A DNA stretch of 63,566 nt, filler included, from Octopus bimaculoides (taxonomy: Eukaryota), in the NCBI RefSeq assembly GCF_001194135.2. It is 6 parts of 6 records of this genome, joined end to end, with 100 filler letters (N's around TTAATTAATTAA, not from the genome) between each part and the next. Parts side by side here need not be neighbours in the genome. Positions count along the whole stretch, not along the records: positions 53,998 to 61,210 come from NC_068987.1; positions 61,311 to 63,566 come from NW_026308404.1; 4 more parts are not named here. The stretch is one strand, 5' to 3'. Made by a program: the position numbers and the translations under genes. The notes beneath the pieces are model-generated. The model had not been told where the DNA came from and searched no databases. It saw nothing but the letters and a program-made list of their open reading frames with translations. How positions within the stretch are numbered: the first letter of the stretch is position 1; every line of letters begins with the position of its first letter. This document shows, piece by piece, positions 54,806 to 63,566 of the stretch.

Positions 54806-57800
54806 CAAGAGCCATAAGCGTCATTAAAGAGGTCTGCGAGTTTGGCAATACCATTATCTTCTAGTGCTTTTCATATCACACGATATTGTATCTGACCCCG
54901 GAGCCTTACCTTTCTCGTCTTCTTGTTCCACCTCAGATTTTGAAATCTTTGGTCCATAAAATTCAGATATACAATGCGCCACGAGTCATTGCCCAGGATC
55001 ATCCTGACCATAAGTGTGAACGGGAAAAGAGCGAGGAGCCGTCAAAAGACGTTTGTGGACAGAATACCTCAAAGAATGAACTGGAAATAAGATCATGGCT
55101 GATTGTATGCATGCGGCACAACGTTGAGGGAACTGAAAAGTCTTGGCAAACCGACCTCTGGATACAGGGAGGGCACCTGGTCGATGATTCTCAAATGATA
55201 TTCAGTGGTGGGGGTGTTGGCGGTAGGGATGACTTCCTCTAGGTGTAGTACACAGTGTTGTTTGTCTCTTTTGACCGGTTAGTAAAGACAGAGTAGAGGT
55301 GTTCCGAGGTGGTGTGTTGTGTGTTATGGGTTGGTGAAGTATATTGCCTTAAGGAAGTAGCGATCAAGTGATCCGATAGTTGAAGAGAATGCTCACCTAA
55401 GAAAGTTTCATAAGAGCTAAACATGACCACAGTTGTCTCCCGTGCTACCAGAAAAGGACTAAAATAATATTAGTTAATAAGCTAATGTTTGTTCTCACCG
55501 CAATAATTTTTCATTTAATTTTTTAACTATTCACCACTGTAAACATGTTAATACTAGCTTAATTATTGTTTTTTTTTATGAAGAGGACATCTCTGCGTAA
55601 TTAATAATAGTGCAATATACTTTCATCGAAGCCGAATTAAGACACACTGGGGAGTTTTACTCTCACGTCCGTGATGCTGCTACGGCTGCTGCTGTTCTTG
55701 CCGCTGCCCTTTTTGCTGCTCTAATTTGCTGATACACTCACAAGCGTTTTAGGCCACATCCAAAACGAAGCATCTTGAATAATTAATCTCTGACACGCAA
55801 ACTTGTTGTCTCCTCTCTCGGCTTTGATAAAATAGAATCTAAAGAGACTATTGTTGGTCGGCATCGATGAGTCTTTTATTATTTAGGAAAAAAAACCCAA
55901 CTAAATCAGTGCGAGGAAATTGTCGTAGGAAGTCGAATATCCAACGTTTCGGACAAAGTCCTTCTTCTGAGAAAAGATGACAGGAGTTAAATTAAAGAGT
56001 GATAACAATGTTATACATCCGGTTGCAAGCCAGGAAGTAAAATTCTGCGGTCTCACTTTACTTTCATTCCCGTCAACTTTTCCCCGAAGAAACGTTAGAT
56101 ATTTCCAATCTCACTGTGTTCTTTTTCTCGATTTTATTATTTTGAAGCATCAGAAGGTAATTATGTTACCAATGACCTGGCTGAATAGCTTGAACGTCGG
56201 AAAAGAAATACCTTGTAGTATTTCTACAGGGTATCCTTCCGTTCTGAGTTCACTTCATGCCGAGGTCAACAGTGTCTTTCATGCTTTTGGATTCAATAAA
56301 ACAGAACATCAGTCAAGTACTAGGATTAATGGTGTCGACAACTACACTCCACAAAATTGCTGGCCTTGTGCCCAAATTAGAAATAATTATTAACTAAAAT
56401 GAACAAATCTTAAACAACGATTTTGAAATAGGGCAATAATTATATGTGTATGAGTACATGTAGTCTTTCTACATTTAGCACAAAGCCAGAAATCTTCAAA
56501 GAAGGGGACAAATTGATTACAGATTGGGAGGAGGGGNNNNNNNNNNNNNNNNNNNNNNNNNNNTTTTATACATAATTATATCGAAAAACAAATATTAGTG
56601 TGTGTGTGTGTATGTCTGTGTGTGTGTGTAGATATGTGTGTGTGTGTGTGTGTGTGTATAGATGTATGTGCGTGGATATGTGTGTGTGTGCGTGTTGTGT
56701 TTGTACATTATTGTAATTTTTGTTTAGGCCCAGGTCAGACTTGACAAACCATACGTACTATCAAAGAGGACAATCCAGCCATGACTATTCCCTCTGTTCC
56801 CCCGACGATGCATGTAGAACTACAGTCATTTAATGTTCTTTTTTGATGTTGATATTTAAGTACAAAATGTGTCAAAAAATATTTGTTTGCCAGGTTTTAG
56901 CAGTTTAGTGCCTGTCGTAAAGAGTCCATCTTGTACGCAGGATGTTTGTGCATATGAATATATATATCCGTGTTCGCTACCACACACACACACACACACA
57001 CACACACGTTCACATACACTCACACGCAAATTCAAAAACTAGGTATTTCATTCTTTCTCATCAAGCCGAGTGTAACTATCTAGAATGTAGAGTGGAACTC
57101 CTTGTACTCCTCTCTCTCTCTCTTTCTCTCTCTATCTCCCTCTCTCTATTCCATTCTCATCTTCACTCCACCTCTCTCTCTTTCTCTATCTCTTCATATC
57201 TCTTTCTCTCTCTCTCTCTCTNNNNNNNNNNNNNNNNNNNNNNNNNNNNNNNNNNNNNNNNNNNNNNNNNNNNNNNNNNNNNNNNNNNNNNNNNNNNNNN
57301 NNNNNNNNNNNNNNNNNNNNNNNNNNNNNNNNNNNNNNNNNNNNNNNNNNNNNNNNNNNNNNNNNNNNNNNNNNNNNNNNNNNNNNNNNNNNNNNNNNNN
57401 NNNNNNNNNNNNNNNNNNNNNNNNNAATATATATTAATGGGTGTTTTTGCGTTTGTTGTTTGTTGTTTTAGTCCTTTTTTTGTTCTTTTTCTAGTCCTGA
57501 GTCATTTTTCTTTGATTCTATTATATCCATCATCCTCTCCTTTCAAAAAAAAAAAAAGTATGTCTTTCATTTCTAGAGAATTGTCGAATCATTACCAGAA
57601 CGTTCCAGCAAATTAATTATATGTTCAGTCACAGTGTTTGGCACCGAGAAATGGGGGCCCCATTTTCAATCGGGTGGGGTCGGTCTTTTGAAAGGATTCC
57701 CGATTATTCGGTTCTGTTTGTGGTTGGTGTAAATTGAAAAATGAAACCTCTCTTTTCACACCATTTCTTCTTATTTTAATTTTTTTTTTGTATGCGATTA

Positions 57801-58142
57801 CGAAATGCCCCACCTATCATCGTACATTCACATACAAACACACACGCACACACATACACGCACACACAGACACGCACACACACACATACGCGTGTACACA
57901 TGCACACATGAACACCCATAGGTAATTCTATGACGTGCGATCTGCCGGTTCATTTGTACTTTAACGTACCAGTCTACCTAGAATTAGAATATATTAAACC
58001 ATCATCGTACAAACAAAATACATTAAGGCATTGATTAATAGCAGAATAAATAAATAATAGACTATGAAATGTTGAATTATGACTGGATATTTACATTATA
58101 AAATATTAAACACATCCTTTATTATGGCAAAATAGTTAACAC

Positions 58143-58242
58143 GCCCGGTATTTCGCCCGGCATTTCGCCCGGAATTTCACCCGGAATTTCGCCCGGCATT
58201 TCGCCCGGCATTTCGCCCGGCATTTCGCCCGGCATTTCGCCC
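58143..58242. repeat. 12-bp minisatellite (GCCCGGCATTTC) x8.3 inside a family-2 SINE (58120-58395)
   Basis: Eight full units with 0-2 substitutions plus GCCC, followed directly by the SINE body TTTACGTTCTGAGTCCAAATTC. Confidence 0.95.
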
Positions 58243-58395
58243 ATCTTTACGTTCTGAGTCCAAATTCTACCGAGGTCGACATTGTCTTTCACCCTTCCAG
58301 GGTTGGTAAAATAAATACCAACTGGGCACTGGAAAAGATATAATCGACTTATTAACTCTTCCGAAATTGCTGGTCCTGTGCTAAAATTTGAAACC

Positions 58396-59764
58396 ATGTT
58401 TTGTATGGATGACGCAAAACTCTATGGCAGGAGACATTGATGAGCCTGAAGGCCTATTAGGTATTGTGAAAGCATTCAGTGATGACATCGGGATGGAGTT
58501 TGATCTTGCTAAGTGTACCAAGGACGCTTTCCAGAAAGGAAAGTTAAAAACCTCAAATTCAGTCGTGTTAGATGTTTGACACAGTCATAAAAGAACTTGA
58601 GCAGAAACGAATTTATAAGTACTTTAGAATAAATGAAGGTTCTGGCATTCAACATGCAAACACGAAAGAGGAGATCAGGAAGGAATACTATAGGAGGGTT
58701 CGAACAGTTCTCAAAATCTGAGCTAAATTCATATAACAAGATGTTAGCCATAAATTCATTAGCAGTCCCAGTTGTTCTTTATAGCTTCAATGAATTAAAC
58801 TGGAATATCAGTGAAATAAAGACATTAGACAGAAAAATACGTAAACTGCTGACTTGCAAAAAGACGCGCCACCCAAAGGCAGACGTGGATCGACTTTACC
58901 TTCCCAGAGCCCAAGGAGGCCGATGTTTAATGCAGTTTGAACTTCCTTACAAAATTACTACAATTGGGTTAGCCAAATATCTTGAAACAATTAACGATCG
59001 AATACTAAAACTCGTTGAAAATCACAAGAGGCGTAAGAAGCTTCATTCTGTCATGAAAGAAAGCAAGAAGTTTGCTATTGATTTCATGTATAATACCCAG
59101 GATAGACATCCTGAGGGAAGTGTAGCAACTGTTGTTGTAAAGAAGGTAAAATTAATGGCACGTTCTGAGTTCAAATTCCGTCGAAGTCAACTTTGCTTTT
59201 CTTCCTTTCGGAGTCGATAAATTAAGTACTAGTGAAACACAGGGGTCGATGTAATCGACTGGTCCCCACCCCACAAATTTGAGGCCTTGTGCCTATTGTA
59301 GAAAGGATTATTATTATTATTATTTTATGTTTGACTTTTGTTTTGCATTTGTACAAGTTGGATCCAAGTCTCACCCAGAGACCTCAAGAGACAACAAGTT
59401 AGAAGTTCATGTAGGTGTTATGCCTAGGGTACCATATATTTGGATTTGTACAGTTTTGTTCAAGTGAATGTTTAAGAAACCATAAGAAAATTATGTGTTT
59501 GCTTTAAAATTTGAGATCACATAGACAGTNNNNNNNNNNNNNNNNNNNNNNNNNNNNNNNNNNNNNNNNNNNNNNNNNNNNNNNNNNNNNNNNNNNNNNN
59601 NNNNNNNNNNNNNNNNNNNNNNNNNNNNNNNNNNNNNNNNNNNNNNNNNNNNNNNNNNNNNNNNNNNNNNNNNNNNNNNNNNNNNNNNNNNNNNACCTAT
59701 GACAATAGGTATTGTTTTCGTCTTCAGATTCCACATTTTGCTAATTTCTATTTCAAGATCTTTA

Positions 59765-59806
<42 letters not shown>

Positions 59807-60345
59807 GATGATGATGATGATGATGAAAGCGTATGAATAACTGGTTGGTCGGTGGGAACAGAAACCTCTGCAAGGCAAATATGTGGCCAGTAGCAAACAC
59901 GCTGATGTTGAACAGAAGCGCACCCATCGTACCTACGAAACTCAGGGCTAAAGGCAGAGAGCGAAGGCTTCATCTTAGCTGCTCAAGATCAAAGCTTATT
60001 GATCCGGAACTACCAAACGAATGTAATGAAAAATGGTGTGCATTCAAAGTGCCGATTCTGCAATGATGAGATTGAAACAGTGGATCACTTAATATCTGGA
60101 TGTAAAGTTTTAGCACCAGTTGAGCATAAATCAAGACATGACAGAGTTGGCCAATAGCCGTTGACAAGTGATATAAGCATCACCCCAAGGCTATAACTGA
60201 GGGAGGAAATGTAACGATTCTTTGAGGTTTTCCAGTACATACAGACCATCAAAGCTAATAAAACCGGATATTGTTGTAAAATACCAAAATAATCAAATCT
60301 CTACGTTGATCGATATGAGTATCCAGTTTATAACATTAAGCAGAG
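58396..60345 (+). mobile_element. R4/Dong retrotransposon (RT C-half, zinc knuckle, start of RLE) split by a nested insertion at 59161-59825
   Basis: MDDAKLYG, FSDDIGMEFDLAKC, HPKADVDRLYLPRAQGGR; resumes with EGFILAAQDQSL, CRFC..EIETVDHLISGC, RHDRV and IDMSI. Confidence 0.9.
59325..59765 (-). mobile_element. R4/Dong 3' fragment, inverted, flanked by (ATT)n on both sides
   Basis: Close reverse-complement match to 52980-53364 (3' UTR CAAGAGACAACAAGTTAGAAGTTCATGT; MWNLKTKTIPIVIG). (ATT)n at 59307-24 and 59766-805. Confidence 0.92.
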
Positions 60346-60740
60346 TATATAACAATATCCTGAACATGTTTGGGACCTAATAATGTTGATAGCAATAACC
60401 GCTTGATAACATTAACCTTGTCTGCAATGAGCGGCTTTCTTTGAACAAAGTCAAGATAAAGGATGAAATGGCGAGAGGAACAACGTCTTTGATCGTATTT
60501 CTGTTCATCCAGGGTTGACCTTGAGCTAAACAACAACAATAACAACAACAACAATTATCGCCTACTAACATCATTACAAGTAGCATTGTAACCACTACTA
60601 CTACCAACACCACCACTACTACAATAAACACTACTACTACCACCACTCATTTGAAGAAATTTCTACGTGGTCACACGACGTGCTAGAAACGGCAGTTTAT
60701 TTTCCATCAAATCACACATTACTGTCTTAAATAGTGAGTT

Positions 60741-61194
60741 CAAATTTTGGCACAAGGGCAGCAATTTGGGACGGGGGGGGCGAGTCGATTACGTAGACTC
60801 CAGTGCTCAACTATCATTTGTTTTATCGACCCCAAAACGATGAAAGGCAAAGTCAACCTCAGCAGCATTCGAACTCATTTTAAAGCTGGAAGAAATACCG
60901 CTGAGCATTTTGTCCATCATGCTAACGATTCACCCAGATCGCCACATTCTAACGTCTTGAATAATCTTTGCTACTCTAGGCAAAAGGCCCGAAATTTTGA
61001 GGAAGGGGCCAGCCGATTAGATCGACCCCAGTTCGTAACTGATACTTAATTTATCGACCCCGAAAGGATGAAAAGCAAAGTCGGCCTCGGCGGAATTTGA
61101 ACTCAGAACGTAAAGACAGACGAAATACTGCTAAATATTTCGCCTGGCGTGCTAACGTTTCTGCCAGCTCGCTGCCTTTAACGTCTTAAATAAT
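60741..61194 (-). mobile_element. Two tandem family-2 SINEs; the second (60966-61178) has a 16-bp TSD
   Basis: TAACGTCTTGAATAAT (60950-65) and TAACGTCTTAAATAAT (61179-94). Core GAAAGGATGAAA(G/A)GCAAAGTC. Confidence 0.85.
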
Positions 61195-61210
61195 GAAAGA
61201 ACAAACTAAA

Positions 61211-61310
61211 NNNNNNNNNNNNNNNNNNNNNNNNNNNNNNNNNNNNNNNNNNNNTTAATTAATTAANNNNNNNNNNNNNNNNNNNNNNNNNNNNNNNNNN
61301 NNNNNNNNNN
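61211..61310. other. Artificial 100-bp assembly spacer
   Basis: TTAATTAATTAA at 61255-61266 with 44 N on each side. Confidence 0.97.
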
Positions 61311-61402
61311 TCTACATCACTTACATAAGCATCGCGTATGTACACTACGCACGGTTGTGTATTATCATGTATATGTCTTGCATTTGTGTGTGTGTTTATG
61401 AA

Positions 61403-61620
61403 GGCGCATGGCTCAGTGGTTTGAGCGTCGGACTCACAATCATGAAGTAAAAGGTTCGATTCCTGGACCGGGCTGCGTGTTGTGTTCTTGAGCAAGACAC
61501 TTAATTTCACGTTGCTCCAGTTCACTCAGCTGTAGAAATGAGTTGCGACGTCACTGGTGCCAAGCTGTATCGGCCCCTTTGCCTTTCCCTTGCATAGCAT
61601 CGGTGGAGTGGAGAGCCTTG
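61403..61620 (+). mobile_element. tRNA-derived SINE (head B + tail Y), 3'-truncated
   Basis: GGCGCATGGCTCAGTGGTT (box A), GGTTCGATTCC (box B), TTGAGCAAGACAC..TTGCTCCAGTTCACTCAGCTG. Confidence 0.85.
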
Positions 61621-61668
61621 CCTTACCTTTACCTATATATACTTTTATTAAAGCTGCAAAATTATCAC

Positions 61669-61779
61669 AAGACTCTTACTCGGAGTTTCACGTTCCCGCT
61701 CGTCAGACGCTTGTGATGAAAACTGTTCTCATCACAACCGTCCGACGAACGGGAACGTGAAACTCTGAGTAACAGTCTT
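61669..61779. ncRNA. Inverted pair of minimal hammerhead-ribozyme-like motifs (putative Penelope pLTR palindrome)
   Basis: + strand: CCGACGA-ACG(GGAA)CGT-GAA-ACTC(T)GAGT-A. - strand: CTGACGA-GCG(GGAA)CGT-GAA-ACTC(C)GAGT-A. Arms of 44 bp with 4 mismatches around a 9-nt loop. Confidence 0.6.
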
Positions 61780-62127
61780 TCTTTTATTCTTTTACTTGTT
61801 TCAGTCATTTGACTGCGGACATGCTGGAGCATCGCCTTTAGTCGAGNNNNNNNNNNNNNNNNNNNNNNNNNNNNNNNNNNNNNNNNNNNNNNNNNNNNNN
61901 NNNNNNNNNNNNNNNNNNNNNNNNNCACAAACATATACACATACATACATATGTGTGTGTGTGTATACGACGCGCTTCTTTCAGTTTCCGTCTACCAAAT
62001 CCACGTGCAAGACTTTGGTCGGCCCGAGGCTATAGTAGAAGACACTTGTTCAAGGTGCCACGCAATGGGACTGAACCTGGAATCATGCGGTTGGGAAGCA
62101 AGCTTCTTACCACACAGCCACTCCTGC
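61780..62127 (-). mobile_element. SINE family 1 inserted in the right arm of the palindrome
   Basis: Tail (CTTTT..TTACTTGTTTCAGTCATT) abuts 61779. Head (CCACACAGCCACTCCTGC) ends at 62127, where the palindrome arm resumes. Confidence 0.85.
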
Positions 62128-62220
62128 GATAATTTTTCAGCTTTAATAAAAGCATATTACTCTACCTTTGGTATTTCAGTACTATTTGTTCCACCTTGTT
62201 TTGAACTTTATGTGCTCACC

Positions 62221-62253
<33 letters not shown>

Positions 62254-62259
62254 ATAATG

Positions 62260-62311
<52 letters not shown>

Positions 62312-62707
62312 CTACATATAATTAGACATGCACACAAACGTATACTTACTGACACATTAGTGTAGTACCCATCAAAAATGACGTCATTCATTTCGGTATA
62401 GAATACTTTATGCTAAAATAATGCGTATAAATGTTAGCAAGTTATCCATACGATGTCCATACATGACTCCAATTTCACTTGGAAAGGAGGTACCATAACG
62501 GTGAATGACAAGAAACAGGGGTTAGACGTAGAATACCTCATCCTGCATAATATAGAAGAATGTGAAAGAATAGTTTCCGCAAAGATCGATGAATAGATCA
62601 TCGTCAACCAGTTGTTTTTTATGAGGGTTTTATCATGCATTTTGTGAACAATAGCCTCGCTGGTTATAGGTTTCGAGTATGCCAATAACTGGTTTATTAC
62701 ATGCATG

Positions 62708-62749
<42 letters not shown>

Positions 62750-63325
62750 CACGCACACATACAAGCATCGTAAAATATGTCCGCCATGTTAAAGAGCCGA
62801 GTTACTAACATTTCGTGAAACTCTAATACGTTATTGCATAGCAATTACTTCCCAAATAAACTTACTTGTAGCTACAAAATCGCTTAAAACGACAGATAGA
62901 CACAACGTAGTTAGAAAAGTACGATGCAGAATAGCGTAAATTTCATGTATGATTCATATGAATCATTCGAAATTGGAATATTTCTGATTTTTAGTGAAAA
63001 GTAATGTTGATCGCCACCTAAACGTGGGTGTTCTAAAAGAACAGACGATACTGCTATTTTGAGCCCCAGGAGGGAGCCTCCTCCAGCTGCTTGTTCAGTG
63101 CACTTCGCACGCGGTATATATTGCAAGCGGGGAGAGAACTCCCTACTATTCTAGCTCGGAGACCATCAGACCACGTGATTTCGACCTTATTTTTGGTCAT
63201 TCTCAGTGATGGATACTTGTCTGCTAGACATAGCAGTAGCTCACTCCAGATTGCAATATACATTTTTTTACTATATACATACACACACGCAACACACAGG
63301 CGCGCACACACACGCACACATGCAC

Positions 63326-63566
63326 GCAGCGTGGTAAGTAGCTTGCTTACCAACCACACGGTTCCGGGTTCATTCCCACTGCGTGGCACCTTGGGCAAGT
63401 GTCTTCTACTATAGCCTCGGGCCGACCAAAGCCTTGTGAGTGGATTTGGTAGACGGAAATTGAAAGAAGCCCGTCGTGTATATGTATATATGTGTATATG
63501 TATGTGTGTATATGTTTGTTTGTCCCCCCAACATCGCTTGACAACCGATGTTGGTGTGTTTACGTC
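63326..63566 (+). mobile_element. SINE family 1, CpG-rich copy running off the window
   Basis: GTGGTAAGTAGCTTGC..GGTTCATTCCCACTGCGTGGCACCTTGGGCAAGTGTCTT..GACGGAAATTGAAAGAAGCCCGTCG. Confidence 0.9.

Noticed and set aside
54880-55420. CR1/L2-like LINE fragment on the minus strand (SDH; CAACI)
   Set aside because: Only scattered residues match; plausible but not supportable without an alignment.
58122-58397. MPGE/IPGE-repeat (collagen- or elastin-like) ORF, or a CRISPR-like array
   Set aside because: A pure 12-bp tandem repeat with no spacers, inside a SINE and with no splice context.
61403-61475. tRNA gene (also 6100-6171, minus strand)
   Set aside because: Box A/B are present, but the sequence continues into SINE core and tail, and no complete cloverleaf is evident.
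62445-62592. Short open frame ..FTWKGGTITVNDKKQGLDVEYLILHNIEECERIVSAKIDE
   Set aside because: No recognisable family, start codon or splice signals.

Overview
AT-rich, microsatellite-dense animal genomic DNA. The repeat families point to an octopus or other cephalopod; this is inferred from recalled repeat motifs, not a database search. The window is six assembly pieces joined by five identical 100-bp spacers (44 N + TTAATTAATTAA + 44 N). The only host gene I can support is a partial, intron-rich UCKL1 (uridine-cytidine kinase-like 1; end of the kinase domain plus most of the UPRT-like domain): six GT-AG exons on the + strand at 23090-35272 that splice in frame. Its 5' and last exons were not found. 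The rest is decayed mobile DNA: R4/Dong-type RLE non-LTR retrotransposons, an RTE LINE, Penelope-like remnants, mariner/Tc1 and hAT (hATm-like) transposase relics, a Helentron-type element, MITEs and several tRNA-derived SINE families. Most interesting signals: (1) a palindrome at ~61.64-62.16 kb made of two inverted minimal hammerhead-ribozyme motifs, with further hammerhead-like relics elsewhere; (2) R4/Dong 3' ends repeatedly sitting tail-to-tail with one SINE family through a shared (AAT)n tract; (3) CpG loss in SINE copies inside the UCKL1 introns, compared with copies outside. No prokaryote-type system (CRISPR etc.) is present. I cannot show that any of this is a truly undescribed system.
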